A stretch of 64,000 nucleotides of DNA from an uncultured Pelagibacteraceae bacterium (GTDB lineage: Bacteria; Pseudomonadota; Alphaproteobacteria; Pelagibacterales; AG-422-B15): NCBI GenBank assembly GCA_902547315.1, contig CACCND010000002.1:9609-73608 (forward strand), read 5' to 3'. Positions 27,696 to 40,629 of this stretch are shown here, piece after piece; the stretch's first letter is position 1, and every line of letters starts with the position of its first letter. Under the pieces are notes generated by a model. That model was not told where the DNA came from. It ran no database searches and saw only the letters and a program-made list of their open reading frames with translations. The position numbers were made by a program, and so were the translations under genes.

Positions 27696-28805
27696 ATGAA
27701 ATTAGAACAAACAAATAGAATTATTATCAAAATTGGATCTGCGCTTCTATTCAATGAAACTTCGGGAAGTCTTAATAAAGAATGGCTTAATAGTCTTGCT
27801 GAAGATGTTAAATATTTAATAGAAAATGACAAAGAGGTTATAATTGTTTCTTCTGGAGCAATTGCGATGGGTGCAAAAGATTTAGATCTTGATATGAAAA
27901 ATATGAAGATGGATATGAATCAAGCTGTATCTGCTGTAGGCCAAATACATTTGATGGGCTCATTTAAGAGTGCCTTTGAAAAAAGTGAAATTAAAATTTC
28001 CCAAATTCTTCTTACCTTAGATGATACCGAGCAGAGAAGAAGATCAATAAATGCTAGAAGAACAATAGATACATTATTAAAATTGGGTATTGTTCCAGTC
28101 GTTAATGAAAATGATACGATTGCGACAAGTGAAATAAGATATGGGGACAATGATAGACTTGCATCAAGAGTGGCTCAAATAACAAGTGCAGATTGTCTTA
28201 TCTTATTATCTAATATTAATGGCCTTTATTCTGCTGATCCTGGTACTGATGAGGATGTAAAATTGATAAACAAGGTAAGTGAAATTGATAAAGATATTGA
28301 AAAAATGATTGGGCAATCAATTTCGGATTACGGAAAAGGTGGAATGAAGACAAAAATTCAAGCCGCAAAGACAGCCATGCTATCAGGCTGTCACTTAGCA
28401 ATTACTAATGGTTCAATAATGAGACCTGTGAAGTCCTTATTTGAGGGACGTCCATGTACATGGTTTGAACCAACTAAGACCCCTTTGGCAGCACGCAAGC
28501 AATGGATCGCGGGAACAATGAAGCCCGTAGGTAAAATAATAATTGATGATGGAGCTGTTGATGCACTTAAAAAAGGAAGCAGTCTCTTACCAGCTGGTGT
28601 AAAGTCAGTAGAGGGAAACTTTGAGAGAGGAGATGTAATTGAAGTATTGTCGTCGGACCAAAATAAAATAGGTATAGGATTAGCAGGTTACGCTGCAGAA
28701 GAAAGTATTAAAATTATGGGACACAAAAGTGATGAAATAGCTAACATTCTAAGTTACTCTTACAGAGAAGAAATGATACATAAGGACGATTTAGTTTTGA
28801 TATGA
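27696..28805 (+). CDS. proB: Glutamate 5-kinase (with PUA domain)
   Basis: 369 aa with 'IIKIGSALL', 'VSSGAIAMG' and 'ENDTIATSEIRYGDNDRLA'. Confidence 0.9.
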   Translation: MKLEQTNRIIIKIGSALLFNETSGSLNKEWLNSLAEDVKYLIENDKEVIIVSSGAIAMGAKDLDLDMKNMKMDMNQAVSAVGQIHLMGSFKSAFEKSEIKISQILLTLDDTEQRRRSINARRTIDTLLKLGIVPVVNENDTIATSEIRYGDNDRLASRVAQITSADCLILLSNINGLYSADPGTDEDVKLINKVSEIDKDIEKMIGQSISDYGKGGMKTKIQAAKTAMLSGCHLAITNGSIMRPVKSLFEGRPCTWFEPTKTPLAARKQWIAGTMKPVGKIIIDDGAVDALKKGSSLLPAGVKSVEGNFERGDVIEVLSSDQNKIGIGLAGYAAEESIKIMGHKSDEIANILSYSYREEMIHKDDLVLI

Positions 28806-30058
28806 GCATTGAATTAGAATTAGAAAAGATGGGCGAAAACAGTGTTAGGGCCTCAAAAGACATTAGATCTTTGAACGAAAGAGATAAAAATAATATTTTA
28901 AAATCAATAATAGTAAGTTTAGAAAAAAATAAAAAAAATATTCTAGATGCTAATTCATTAGATATTAGTAACTCTGAAAATAGTCTTTCAAAAGCAATGG
29001 TTGATCGACTTATGCTAGATGACGAACGATTTGATGGAATATTGTCGTCAATTGAAAATGTAATTTCTTTAGAAGACCCAGTTGGAAACAAACTTTATTC
29101 TAATAAACGGCCAAATGGAATGTTAGTTGAAAGAGTGTCTGTTCCTCTTGGTGTTATTGGAATTATTTATGAAAGTAGACCAAACGTTACAGTTGATGCG
29201 ACAGTTTTATGTCTAAAAGCTGGCAATAGCGTAATACTAAGAGGAGGATCTGAGTGTTTTAATACTAACTCAGAAATGGTAAAATCTATACAAGGGGCTT
29301 TAAAGGAAAATTCTGTTAGCGAACATATTGTTCAATATGTGAGCACCACAGATAGAGCGGCAGTAGATTACATGCTTGCTAAAATGGGAAAATATATTGA
29401 TGTTGTAGTACCTAGAGGCGGGAAAGGTTTAGTAAAAAAAGTTCAAGACACCGCAAAAATACCTGTTATTGGACATCTTGATGGAATATGTCATTTATAC
29501 GTTGATGAAACATCAGATACAGAAATAGCAAGCAAAATCATAGAAAATGCAAAACTGAGAAGAACTGGAATTTGTGGTGCAGCTGAAACTATATTAATTG
29601 ATGAAAACTGTGTCGATACTCATTTACCAAGAATTATTACTGATTTAATTAATGGGGGCTGTGAAGTAAGAGGAGATAATGTATGTATGAAAATCTCAGA
29701 CAAAGTTCAAAAAGCATCCGAAGAAGATTGGGGTACAGAATATTTAGATGCAATAATATCTATAAAGACTGTTAAAGGGGTAGATGAAGCAATAGAACAT
29801 ATTGCTACATATGGATCAGGTCATACAGAGAGTATTATTTCTGAAGATAAAAAGAAAGTTGAAAAGTTTTTAAATACCGTAGGTAGTGCAATTGTTATGC
29901 ATAACACCTCAACCCAATTTGCAGATGGAGGCGAATTTGGTTTAGGTGCTGAAATAGGAATTGCTACTGGCAAATTGCACGCCAGAGGGCCAGTTGGATT
30001 AGAGGGGCTGACAACTTATAAATATATAGTGAGAGGAAATGGACAGGTTAGACCGTAA
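28802..30058 (+). CDS. proA: Gamma-glutamyl phosphate reductase
   Basis: 418 aa with 'GVIGIIYESRPNVT' and 'CGAAETILI'. There is a 4-nt overlap with proB. Confidence 0.9.
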   Translation: MSIELELEKMGENSVRASKDIRSLNERDKNNILKSIIVSLEKNKKNILDANSLDISNSENSLSKAMVDRLMLDDERFDGILSSIENVISLEDPVGNKLYSNKRPNGMLVERVSVPLGVIGIIYESRPNVTVDATVLCLKAGNSVILRGGSECFNTNSEMVKSIQGALKENSVSEHIVQYVSTTDRAAVDYMLAKMGKYIDVVVPRGGKGLVKKVQDTAKIPVIGHLDGICHLYVDETSDTEIASKIIENAKLRRTGICGAAETILIDENCVDTHLPRIITDLINGGCEVRGDNVCMKISDKVQKASEEDWGTEYLDAIISIKTVKGVDEAIEHIATYGSGHTESIISEDKKKVEKFLNTVGSAIVMHNTSTQFADGGEFGLGAEIGIATGKLHARGPVGLEGLTTYKYIVRGNGQVRP

Positions 30059-30616
30059 ATGAAAATTGGCATTTTAGGAAGTTCATTTAATCCAGCACAT
30101 TTAGGACATTTAAAATTATCAGATAAAGCAATTCAAATTTTTGATCTTGATGAAGTCTGGTGGATGATCACAAAGCAAAATCCATTGAAGGAAAAAGATG
30201 ATTATATGTCATTTGAAGACAGAAATAATCAAGCAAAAAAACTAATAGGCAATAACAATATTAAACTGAAATTTTTTGAAGATATTACTAACTCAAATTA
30301 TTTAATTGATAATTTGAAACATATCAAATCTAGCTTTACCGAGGATGAGTTCATATTTTTAATGGGTAGTGACTCTTTTGAAGAAATGGATAAATGGAAA
30401 AATTATTTAGATATTTTTAATCAAATGCCTATTGCTGTGTTTAATCGTAATGAAAAATTATATAATCCACTAACTTCCATAGTTGCGGAAAAATTTAAAA
30501 ACAACCAAGTAAAATTATCTGATGCAAAGTTGATATTTACCAAATCACCTGCTTGGATATTTATTCGTGACTTCGATGTAAGTGAGTCATCAACTGCCAT
30601 TAGAAATAATAAATGA
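30059..30616 (+). CDS. nadD: Nicotinate-nucleotide adenylyltransferase
   Basis: 'GILGSSFNPAHLGHL' is the (H/T)xGH nucleotidyltransferase motif, and there is a C-terminal 'SSTAIR'. Confidence 0.85.
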   Translation: MKIGILGSSFNPAHLGHLKLSDKAIQIFDLDEVWWMITKQNPLKEKDDYMSFEDRNNQAKKLIGNNNIKLKFFEDITNSNYLIDNLKHIKSSFTEDEFIFLMGSDSFEEMDKWKNYLDIFNQMPIAVFNRNEKLYNPLTSIVAEKFKNNQVKLSDAKLIFTKSPAWIFIRDFDVSESSTAIRNNK

Positions 30617-30936
30617 CGCAAATACTAAAAAAAATATTAAGTGATTTAGAGGATAATAAGGCTCTGGATATAGTCTCAATTGATATATCTAAAAAAACTT
30701 CACTAGCTGACCACCTAGTATTTGCAACCGGAACATCAAATAGACATATAAACGCGATTTCCCAATCAGTTCATAAAATGCTTAAAAGTCTAAATATTGC
30801 ACTGCCATCAATTGAAGGAAATCAAGACAGTGGCTGGATAGTAATTGATAGTGGTGACGTTATTATACATTTATTCAAAGATGAAATTAGAAAATTTTAT
30901 AACTTAGAAAATATGTGGTCCGCAGAAATTGAATAA
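30613..30936 (+). CDS. rsfS: Ribosome silencing factor RsfS
   Basis: 107 aa with 'DHLVFATGTSNRHINAI' and 'WIVIDSGDVIIHLF'. It sits in the conserved nadD-rsfS-rlmH order. Confidence 0.85.
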   Translation: MTQILKKILSDLEDNKALDIVSIDISKKTSLADHLVFATGTSNRHINAISQSVHKMLKSLNIALPSIEGNQDSGWIVIDSGDVIIHLFKDEIRKFYNLENMWSAEIE

Positions 30937-30947
30937 TTGATCCTTAA

Positions 30948-31382
30948 ATGAAAATTGAAATTCTACATTTTGATAAATTTAAATTTGATCATGAAGAACA
31001 ACTTCATGATATTTATATAAAACGTATTTCACAGTTTAGAAATATTATAACTGATATAAAAACAGTAAAAATTAATAATAAAGGAATTGAAAATAGAATT
31101 GTTAAAAAGAAGGTCAATGAGTGTTTTGTAAGCCTTGATGAGAAAGGTGAACATTTTTCAACTGAAGATTTAAAAGTATTCTTATTTAATAATAATTTCA
31201 AAAACTTGAAATTTATTGTTGGCAGTACTGATGGTATTCAGAAAGGTATACTAGAAAAAAGTAATAAGGTTATTTCCTTGAGTAAAATGACATTAACGCA
31301 CTCATTTGCACTAATAATTTTATTAGAACAAATATATAGATCTGCTACTATTGTATCTAATCATCCATATCATAGAGTTTAA
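30948..31382 (+). CDS. rlmH: 23S rRNA (pseudouridine1915-N3)-methyltransferase RlmH (SPOUT)
   Basis: 144 aa. The C-terminal 'LSLSKMTLTHSFALIILLEQIYRS..I.SNHPYHR' is the RlmH signature. Confidence 0.8.
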   Translation: MKIEILHFDKFKFDHEEQLHDIYIKRISQFRNIITDIKTVKINNKGIENRIVKKKVNECFVSLDEKGEHFSTEDLKVFLFNNNFKNLKFIVGSTDGIQKGILEKSNKVISLSKMTLTHSFALIILLEQIYRSATIVSNHPYHRV

Positions 31383-31384
31383 AA

Positions 31385-32533
31385 ATGAAAATTTTTTTTA
31401 TTACACTATCGTTTGTTATATCACTTTTTAGCTTTAATTATATTTCTGCAAATAACCAAGATCTTTACAAAAAATTGGATGTCTTTGGGGATGTCTTTGA
31501 CATTATAAAAAATAATTATGTCGAGGATATAGATGACGAGAAGGTAATTGAATACGCAATTAACGGTATGCTTCAATCATTGGATCCATTTTCAAGCTAT
31601 ATGGATTCAGAAATTTATACTGATATGCAAGAAGAAACTAAAGGCGAATTTGGGGGACTTGGAATTGAGGTAACAATGGAAAACGGGTATGTAAAAGTAA
31701 TTTCCCCAATTGATGACACTCCGGCTGCGAGAGCAGGGATGCGCCCTGGTGATTATATTACACATATTGATGATATTGACGTGCTTGGATTAACGTTAAG
31801 TGAAGCTGTTGAACTTTTACGAGGGCCTGTAGGTAAATCATTAACAATAAAAGTGGTTAGAATCGGAGAGGAAGACCCCATAAGTGTGACTTTAAAAAGG
31901 GCGGTTATAACTGTACAAGCAGTTAAATTTAAGGCTGAGGGTAACATTGGATACATAAGATTAATATCATTCAGCGAACAAGCCGATAAAGGCATTAGAA
32001 ATGCTGTAAAAGAATTATCAAACAGTATCGGAAAAAATAATGTTGAAGGCTACATAATTGATTTAAGGAATAATCCTGGTGGTTTATTGGATCAATCGGC
32101 AAAAGTTACAAATAACTTCCTTAAATCTGGTGAAATTGTATCAATAAAGGGAAGAGATAAAAATGATATATCAAAATTTACAGCGTCAGGTGGGGACATT
32201 GCTAACGATAAGCCAATTATTGTTCTTATAAATCAGGGATCCGCATCAGCCTCTGAAATTGTTGCGGGTGCGCTTCAAGATCATAAACGTGCAATTATTC
32301 TTGGAGAACAATCATATGGAAAGGGGTCAGTTCAAACGATTTTTCCATTAAAAGACTATAGTGCCATCAGAATGACAACAGCGCTTTATTATACACCCTC
32401 TGGTGACTCTATCCATAGAGTTGGAATAACTCCAGATATTGAAGTTGAATATATTTATGATGAGGACGAAGAAACCGATAATCAATTAAATTATGCTCTA
32501 GATCTTTTTGATAAAGAAAAGATGGTTGAATAA
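31385..32533 (+). CDS. ctpA: Carboxy-terminal processing protease (S41)
   Basis: It has a signal peptide, a PDZ region ('GGLGIEV', 'DDTPAARAG') and the catalytic block 'INQGSASASEI'. Confidence 0.85.
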   Translation: MKIFFITLSFVISLFSFNYISANNQDLYKKLDVFGDVFDIIKNNYVEDIDDEKVIEYAINGMLQSLDPFSSYMDSEIYTDMQEETKGEFGGLGIEVTMENGYVKVISPIDDTPAARAGMRPGDYITHIDDIDVLGLTLSEAVELLRGPVGKSLTIKVVRIGEEDPISVTLKRAVITVQAVKFKAEGNIGYIRLISFSEQADKGIRNAVKELSNSIGKNNVEGYIIDLRNNPGGLLDQSAKVTNNFLKSGEIVSIKGRDKNDISKFTASGGDIANDKPIIVLINQGSASASEIVAGALQDHKRAIILGEQSYGKGSVQTIFPLKDYSAIRMTTALYYTPSGDSIHRVGITPDIEVEYIYDEDEETDNQLNYALDLFDKEKMVE

Positions 32534-32560
32534 AATTAATATTTTCAGCAACAGAACAGA

Positions 32561-33031
32561 ATGGATCAAAAACCAAGATATAGAAGAGGAGTTGGAATGA
32601 TTATTCTCAACTCTAAGAAGCAAATTTTTATTGGACAGAGATTTGATAAAGATAAATCAGCTTGGCAGATGCCACAAGGTGGAATTGATAAAGGGGAAAG
32701 CCCTGCAAAAGCTGTTATACGAGAAATGAAGGAGGAAACTGGAATTAAAAAAAATTATAAAATTATATATGAATGTAAAACTTGGTATTTTTATAAACTT
32801 CCTTCTTATTTAAGAAAAAAACTTTGGAAAGGTAGATTTATTGGTCAAAAACAAAAATGGTTTATAATAAGTTTTACTGGAAACGATGAAGATATAAATA
32901 TTAAAACAAAAAAACCGGAATTTAAGAAATGGGAATGGTCTACACAAAATAATATACTTAAAAAAATTGTTCCCTTTAAAAGAAGACTTTATACAAGCAT
33001 ATTTAAAGAGATTAATAATATTGATGGTTAA
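32561..33031 (+). CDS. rppH: RNA pyrophosphohydrolase (Nudix)
   Basis: 'YRRGVGMII..WQMPQGGIDKGESPAKAVIREMKEETG' contains the Nudix box in an RppH-type context. Confidence 0.85.
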   Translation: MDQKPRYRRGVGMIILNSKKQIFIGQRFDKDKSAWQMPQGGIDKGESPAKAVIREMKEETGIKKNYKIIYECKTWYFYKLPSYLRKKLWKGRFIGQKQKWFIISFTGNDEDINIKTKKPEFKKWEWSTQNNILKKIVPFKRRLYTSIFKEINNIDG

Positions 33032-33414
33032 TTTAAAAGAAGTTTTAAACTATCAATTTTTTTCTGAATTTTCATTTTTTGAGCTTCATCAGCGGCATCA
33101 AGAGCTGAAGAATAATTCTTAATTTTATCATTAATAAAATCATTATTCAGGGCAGCTTCTTCATCCAAACCTACGGCTATAACAAGTAGCTCGTTGTTAG
33201 AGAATTTAGTAAAGCCCTCTTCAACAAATAATGATTGTGTTTGATCTGAATTAATTACTTTTATGATTCCTGGCCTAAGAGAGGTAATAATATTTGAGTG
33301 ATTTGGAAGTACTCCAAGATCACCTTCCGCACCAGGCAAGACAACCATTTGAGCATCACCCTCAAGGTATATTTTTTCAGGGGTTACTAATTTATAGTTA
33401 AATTGATCAGACAT
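33028..33414 (-). CDS. atpC: F1 ATP synthase epsilon subunit
   Basis: 128 aa. 'LVTPEKIYLEGDAQMVVLPGAEGDLGVLPNHS' and its position after atpD support the call. Confidence 0.85.
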   Translation of the reverse strand: MSDQFNYKLVTPEKIYLEGDAQMVVLPGAEGDLGVLPNHSNIITSLRPGIIKVINSDQTQSLFVEEGFTKFSNNELLVIAVGLDEEAALNNDFINDKIKNYSSALDAADEAQKMKIQKKIDSLKLLLN

Positions 33415-33419
33415 TCAAG

Positions 33420-34856
<1,437 letters not shown>

Positions 34857-34860
34857 TTAA

Positions 34861-35745
34861 TTAAACTGCTTCTGCTCCAGAAATTATCTCAATAAGCTCT
34901 TTAGTAATAACAGCTTGTCTAGAACGGTTATAAAATAGTGTTAAATTATCAATCATATCAGACGCGTTTCTTGATGCATTATCCATAGCGCTCATTCTAG
35001 CACCTTGTTCGCTGGCTGCACTTTCTAGTAAAGCTTTAAATATTTGTATTGTAAAGTTCAGTGGGAGTAGTTCATCGAGTATTTCACTCTCACCAGGCTC
35101 AAATTCAAAAAAAGTATTGTCATTTTTCGTTGTATCTGACTCGTTTTCAGGAATATCAATTGGAACAATTTGTTGTTCAGTTGGAATCTGTGATATTACT
35201 GATTTAAACTTATTATAAAAGATAGAACATTTATCAAATTCTTCGTCAAAATACATTTTTATTATTTTGTCAGCTATATTTTTTGCATCCTGATAAGAAG
35301 CAGACTTAACAGATCTCATATCAACAACTTCGACTATTTTTTCTTCATGCTGTCTTTTAATAATGTCATAACCCTTTTTTCCGACACAAATAATTTTTAC
35401 TTGTTTGCCTGATTCCTCGAGACTTGCTACTTTATCTCGGAGTGATTTAGTGACAATTGAATTAAATCCACCACATAGTCCTCTCTCAGATGTAAAGAGG
35501 ATCAACATATGAATTGAGTCCTTATTATCTCCGGTTAATAAATTTCTTTCATTTGAAGTTGGAGAGTACCCAGACGATATAGATGATATAAGATCTTCCA
35601 TGGTCTCAGAATAAGGACGACTTGACTCAGCAGATTCTTGGGCACGCCGTAATTTTGCAGCCGCAACCATTTTCATGGCTTTAGTTATTTTTTGAGTAGA
35701 CTTAACGCTACCAATTCGTTTTTTTAGATCGTCTAAACTTGGCAT
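34861..35745 (-). CDS. atpG: F1 ATP synthase gamma subunit
   Basis: 'MPSLDDLKKRIGSVKSTQKITKAMKMVAAAKLRRAQ' and the C-terminal 'ITKELIEIISGAEA' are present. Confidence 0.95.
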   Translation of the reverse strand: MPSLDDLKKRIGSVKSTQKITKAMKMVAAAKLRRAQESAESSRPYSETMEDLISSISSGYSPTSNERNLLTGDNKDSIHMLILFTSERGLCGGFNSIVTKSLRDKVASLEESGKQVKIICVGKKGYDIIKRQHEEKIVEVVDMRSVKSASYQDAKNIADKIIKMYFDEEFDKCSIFYNKFKSVISQIPTEQQIVPIDIPENESDTTKNDNTFFEFEPGESEILDELLPLNFTIQIFKALLESAASEQGARMSAMDNASRNASDMIDNLTLFYNRSRQAVITKELIEIISGAEAV

Positions 35746-37272
35746 TTACCTATTTTTTTTAAACTCTTCAATTATTGATGTTAATTTACTGGAAGTATCA
35801 TCGTTCAAGTCTCCAGACGAATTGATAGACTCAATAATATCTGAATGAGATGATTTTATAAGTTCAAATAGATCTTTTTCGAAATCCCTTATCTGATTCA
35901 ACTCCAGATCATCTAAGTAACCGTTCACACCAGTAAAAATTGAAACAACTTGCTCTGCAATTGTCATCGGTGAATACTGGTTTTGCTTTAATAGTTCGGT
36001 AAGTTTTGAGCCTCTATTTAATAGTTTCTGTGTCGAGGCATCTAGGTCTGAACCAAATTGGGCAAATGCCGCCATTTCACGGTACTGGGCCAGTTCAAGT
36101 TTTATCGAGCCTGCAACCTTCTTCATCGCCTTGGTTTGCGCTGCAGAACCAACTCGGGACACACTTAAACCTACATTAACTGCAGGTCTGATACCTTGGT
36201 TAAACAATTCAGTTTCTAGAAAAATTTGACCATCAGTGATTGAGATCACGTTTGTTGGTATAAATGCACTAACATCATTTGCTTGAGTTTCAATCACAGG
36301 CAAAGCTGTTAATGAACCACCTCCATTTTCATCATTCATCTTGGCTGCTCTCTCAAGTAATCTGCTGTGAAGATAAAATACATCTCCTGGAAATGCTTCA
36401 CGTCCTGGCGGTCTTCTAAGAAGTAATGACATTTGTCTATAAGCTACTGCTTGTTTTGATAAATCATCATAAATTATTAAAGCATGCATTCCATTATCAC
36501 GGAAATATTCACCCATTGAACAACCAGTATAAGGAGCAAGAAATTGTAGTGGAGCAGCGTCACTTGCTGTTGCTGCAACAACTGTAGTATATTCCATGGC
36601 ACCAGCGTCTTCTAAGGCTTTCACTGTTTGAGCAATCGAAGATCTTTTTTGACCTATACCGACATAAATACAATAAAGTTTCTTAGTTTCATCGCCAGAT
36701 TCATTAATAGATTTTTGATTTATGATAGTATCGATAGCGATTGCTGTTTTTCCAGTTTGTCTGTCACCAATAATTAATTCACGTTGCCCTCTGCCAATGG
36801 GAATCAAGCTGTCGATCGCTTTAAGACCTGTTTGCATTGGTTCGGACACTGATTTTCTTGGTATTATACCTGGCGCTTTAACTTCAATACGACTTCTATT
36901 CTGTGACTCTATGTTTCCTTTTCCATCTATAGGATTTCCAAGAGCATCTACAACTCTTCCTAGCAGCTCTTTACCTACCGGAACATCAACAATAGAATTT
37001 GTCCTTTTAACTGTATCACCTTCTTTAATATTTGCATCACTTCCAAATAGAACAACACCTACATTATCATCCTCCAGGTTAAGGGCCATTCCTCTTGTAC
37101 CATCATCAAACATTACCATTTCACCGGCCTGAACATTATCAAGTCCATAAATTCTTGCGATACCATCTCCAATTGAAAGAACTTGACCAACTTCCGTAAT
37201 TTCAGAGTCAGATCCAAAATTTTTAATTTCTTCTTTGAGTATTTTTGATATTTCTGATGGTTGTATGTCCAT
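35746..37272 (-). CDS. atpA: F1 ATP synthase alpha subunit
   Basis: It has the Walker A 'GDRQTGKT' and '[22 protein letters not shown]'. Confidence 0.97.
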   Translation of the reverse strand: MDIQPSEISKILKEEIKNFGSDSEITEVGQVLSIGDGIARIYGLDNVQAGEMVMFDDGTRGMALNLEDDNVGVVLFGSDANIKEGDTVKRTNSIVDVPVGKELLGRVVDALGNPIDGKGNIESQNRSRIEVKAPGIIPRKSVSEPMQTGLKAIDSLIPIGRGQRELIIGDRQTGKTAIAIDTIINQKSINESGDETKKLYCIYVGIGQKRSSIAQTVKALEDAGAMEYTTVVAATASDAAPLQFLAPYTGCSMGEYFRDNGMHALIIYDDLSKQAVAYRQMSLLLRRPPGREAFPGDVFYLHSRLLERAAKMNDENGGGSLTALPVIETQANDVSAFIPTNVISITDGQIFLETELFNQGIRPAVNVGLSVSRVGSAAQTKAMKKVAGSIKLELAQYREMAAFAQFGSDLDASTQKLLNRGSKLTELLKQNQYSPMTIAEQVVSIFTGVNGYLDDLELNQIRDFEKDLFELIKSSHSDIIESINSSGDLNDDTSSKLTSIIEEFKKNR

Positions 37273-37832
37273 TAAGCGACCTCTTTCATTTTTTCTTTTA
37301 ATGTTTGGAGTTGATTTTTAATACTGCTATCAATCATTTGACTACCAACTTGTATTTTAAGACCTCCTATTAAAGTCTCATCAACTATAGTGTTAATATT
37401 AAATTCTGAACTAAACTTATCTTTGAGTTTGTCCTTAATTTGTTTTAATTCTTCTTCTTTCAGAACTTTAGCTGAAGTAATTGTTGCTGACATCTCACCC
37501 TTAAGTCCTGACATTAATTTCTCAAATGAATTAATTATATCCATTAAGTAGTTTATTCGATTTTTATTAATTATTACTCCAATAAAATTTTTTGCCAGCT
37601 TAGACATTTCAATTTTCTCAGAAAGTGAATTAAAAAAATTAAATTTATTAGATTTGCTGATTGAAGGATTCTTAACCATGGATAGTAAACTATCATCTTC
37701 ATTCAGTATTTTTTTTAAATTTAAAAGTTCACTAGAAACAGTTTCGAGTACTTTAGCCTCTTTTGCCAGCTGAAATAATGCATTAGCATATCTATCAACT
37801 GATGCGATTTGTCTTGTACTTGCGTTGGCCAT
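37272..37832 (-). CDS. atpH: F1 ATP synthase delta (OSCP) subunit
   Basis: 186 aa. '[10 protein letters not shown]' and the C-terminal '[19 protein letters not shown]' are present. It overlaps the atpA start by 1 nt. Confidence 0.85.
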   Translation of the reverse strand: MANASTRQIASVDRYANALFQLAKEAKVLETVSSELLNLKKILNEDDSLLSMVKNPSISKSNKFNFFNSLSEKIEMSKLAKNFIGVIINKNRINYLMDIINSFEKLMSGLKGEMSATITSAKVLKEEELKQIKDKLKDKFSSEFNINTIVDETLIGGLKIQVGSQMIDSSIKNQLQTLKEKMKEVA

Positions 37833-37916
37833 TATGTGGAAATTCCTTAAAAATTCACTCTTTCCGTACCATTAACTCTCATATTTTTCAAGTATTGGAA
37901 TGTCGCAATTCGAATT

Positions 37917-39932
37917 TTATACAAAGCTAAATGGGTCGATATCCACAGATATGTTTACGCTAGATAATGATTTGGAATTATTGAGCCAAGCATTGACTAT
38001 TTTTTGCATATTTCTGGCTTTTTTGTCATGTATCAAAAATCTCTGCCTGTGGCGTCCTTTTAACTTGGACAATGGGGCTGGCGCTGGACCATATATTTCA
38101 AGTTCTGAAATATTTGGAATAGAACCAAACATGATACTGCATTGCTCCCTCACCTTAGCAATATTATTTCCACTAACAATAATTGCTGCCATTTTTCCTG
38201 AGGGTGGAAGGTTATTAAGCTTGCGATAATATATTTCATTTTCATAAAATGCATCTCGATCTAATTGTGCAAGAGACTGAATAGTTTCGTTTTCAGGATA
38301 ATATGTTTGAATAATCACTCTTCCTTTTGTTTGAGCCCGTCCTGCTCTTCCGGATACTTGGTATAAGGCCTGATAAGTTTTTTCAGAAGCTCTCAGATCA
38401 CCACCTTTCAGTGTCATATCCGCATCAATTATTCCAACACATGCAAGGTTAGGAAAGTGATAACCTTTAGTTATAAGTTGAGTTCCAATAATAATATCAT
38501 ATTCATGATCTTTAATTTGTTTTACTTTAATTTCTAATTCATCTTGTGATTTTATATGATCACTAGAGAATAGGCATATCTTTGCCAAGGGAAAAGTTTT
38601 TGAAATTTCTGTAAATATTTTTTCAATGCCGGCCCCATAATCAATAAAGTGGCTATCATTATTTTGACATGAAGGACATTCTAAGCCCTTTGTTAAAATA
38701 CTATGACCGCAGTGATGACATAGTAATTTTTTATTTTTTAAATGTTCTACTAAGTAACTTGAACAGTTTTTACATGTTATTTTATGCCCACATGACTTAC
38801 AAATAATTACGGGAGCATATCCTCTTTTATTGATATAAAGCAATGTCTGCTGTTTTTTTTTCAATGTCTGACTGATTTCTTTAATGAGTTTTTCAGATAA
38901 CCATTGATCTTTTTTTAATTTTTCCTTTTTCATATTAACTATGAAAATTTCATTCTCTTCTTGATTAAAATACTTATTTTTAATCGAAACTTTATTATAT
39001 TTTTTATTCATCACATTAAAAATTGTCTCGAGTGATGGGGTGGCGCTTGTTAAAATAATTGGAATATCTTCTATTGAACTCTTAACAACTGACATATCCC
39101 GTGCGTGGTATATACCTTGTTCTTCTTGTTTATATGAGCTGTCATGTTCTTCATCTAAGACAATCATTGATAGGTTTTTGTACGGTAGAAATAAAGAGGA
39201 GCGAGCACCAATAATAATTTGAGAAGTGCCATCAATAATGCTCTTTAATACTTTTGTTTTATAAGCAGTACTTATCTTTGAGTGCCAAACTACTGGTGAA
39301 AACCCAAATCTTTCTTCAATTCTATTTACAAAATCTCCTGTCAATGAAACTTCTGGGAACATAATTAAAACTTGTTCACCGTCTTTAATAAATTTTTTTA
39401 TAACATCAAAATAAACTTCTGTTTTTCCTGATCCAGGGACACCATCAAGTAGGACGGGCTTAAAATTTCGTTGTTGGAAAATTTTTAGTATATCTTGAGA
39501 AGCTCTTTTTTGCTCCAAACTTAGCTTTATTGCCTTAATATTTTTTTTAATATTCGTAGTGAGTTCTTTTGTTTTTTTCTTCTTAAAATAAAATTTACTA
39601 TGCGACAAAATCATTTTGAGAACTAATCCTCTATCAATTAAATTGTAATTACTAACCCAATTTAAAAACTTAATCATTTTTGAATTCAGTCTATATTCGG
39701 GTGAAATTTCTTTTATAAATTTCAACTTTATTTTTGAATCATTTAAAACACTGTTTACTTTGGTGATAACTCCAATTTTTTCTCCTGAGCGTAAAGGAGC
39801 TAAAACAATCATTCCAACTCTAGGTTTTTCAATCGTTTCATGCTTATAGGTAAATTCTTCACTTACATTGTGAGCTAATAAGACATCTATATAGTAAATA
39901 TTTTTATTCATAAATTTTGTTTGAATCTCCAA
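37917..39932 (-). CDS. priA: Primosomal protein N' (replication restart helicase)
   Basis: 671 aa with the Walker A '[11 protein letters not shown]', 'DEEHD', and the Cys-rich zinc insert '[25 protein letters not shown]...CPSC'. Confidence 0.9.
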   Translation of the reverse strand: MEIQTKFMNKNIYYIDVLLAHNVSEEFTYKHETIEKPRVGMIVLAPLRSGEKIGVITKVNSVLNDSKIKLKFIKEISPEYRLNSKMIKFLNWVSNYNLIDRGLVLKMILSHSKFYFKKKKTKELTTNIKKNIKAIKLSLEQKRASQDILKIFQQRNFKPVLLDGVPGSGKTEVYFDVIKKFIKDGEQVLIMFPEVSLTGDFVNRIEERFGFSPVVWHSKISTAYKTKVLKSIIDGTSQIIIGARSSLFLPYKNLSMIVLDEEHDSSYKQEEQGIYHARDMSVVKSSIEDIPIILTSATPSLETIFNVMNKKYNKVSIKNKYFNQEENEIFIVNMKKEKLKKDQWLSEKLIKEISQTLKKKQQTLLYINKRGYAPVIICKSCGHKITCKNCSSYLVEHLKNKKLLCHHCGHSILTKGLECPSCQNNDSHFIDYGAGIEKIFTEISKTFPLAKICLFSSDHIKSQDELEIKVKQIKDHEYDIIIGTQLITKGYHFPNLACVGIIDADMTLKGGDLRASEKTYQALYQVSGRAGRAQTKGRVIIQTYYPENETIQSLAQLDRDAFYENEIYYRKLNNLPPSGKMAAIIVSGNNIAKVREQCSIMFGSIPNISELEIYGPAPAPLSKLKGRHRQRFLIHDKKARNMQKIVNAWLNNSKSLSSVNISVDIDPFSFV

Positions 39933-39969
39933 CTATGATATAAATATATCAGTCAAAATATTATTTGTT

Positions 39970-40626
39970 ATGGAATTCTTTTTAGATACAGCAGATGTAG
40001 ATGTAATTAGAGAATTTAAAGAAACCGGCTTGATTAATGGAATTACAACCAATCCGTCATTAGTGGCCAAATCAGGAAAAGATTTTAAAAAAATACTTAA
40101 AGAAATTTCTAAAATGATAAAAGGGCCGATCAGTGCTGAAGTTACGGCCATTGAATGCAAGGGAATGATTGCGGAAGCAAAAATACTATCAAAAATATCT
40201 AAAAATATTGTTATTAAGTTACCTTTAACAGAAGAAGGACTTAAAGCTTGTAAGATACTAAGCAGCAAAAAGATCAAGACCAATGTAACCCTATGTTTTT
40301 CAGCTGCACAGGCATTAATTGCTGCTAAATGTGGAGCAACATATATATCTCCATTTGTTGGACGGTTAGATGATATAGGTGAAAATGGAATGAACCTAAT
40401 TAGAGAAATCAAAGCGATATATTCAAATTATAAAAATATTAAAACAAAAATATTAGTTGCTTCAGTTAGAACTGTTGATCATGTAATTGAATCTGGAATG
40501 ATTGGTGCTGATGTAGTTACCTTGCCACCTGCAACGCTTGCAAAGCTATATAAGCATCCCTTAACAGATAAGGGTTTAAAAGCTTTTCTCGATGATTGGA
40601 AAAAAACAAAACAAAAAATTCTTTAG
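39970..40626 (+). CDS. tal: Transaldolase (short, fructose-6-phosphate-aldolase-like subfamily)
   Basis: 218 aa with '[23 protein letters not shown]' and the Schiff-base Lys block 'VIKLP'. Confidence 0.9.
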   Translation: MEFFLDTADVDVIREFKETGLINGITTNPSLVAKSGKDFKKILKEISKMIKGPISAEVTAIECKGMIAEAKILSKISKNIVIKLPLTEEGLKACKILSSKKIKTNVTLCFSAAQALIAAKCGATYISPFVGRLDDIGENGMNLIREIKAIYSNYKNIKTKILVASVRTVDHVIESGMIGADVVTLPPATLAKLYKHPLTDKGLKAFLDDWKKTKQKIL

Positions 40627-40629
40627 TAC

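Noticed and set aside
39933-40412. A 159-aa minus-strand ORF adjoining priA.
   Set aside because: It is antisense to the well-supported transaldolase gene and has no recognisable motif. I treat it as a shadow ORF.
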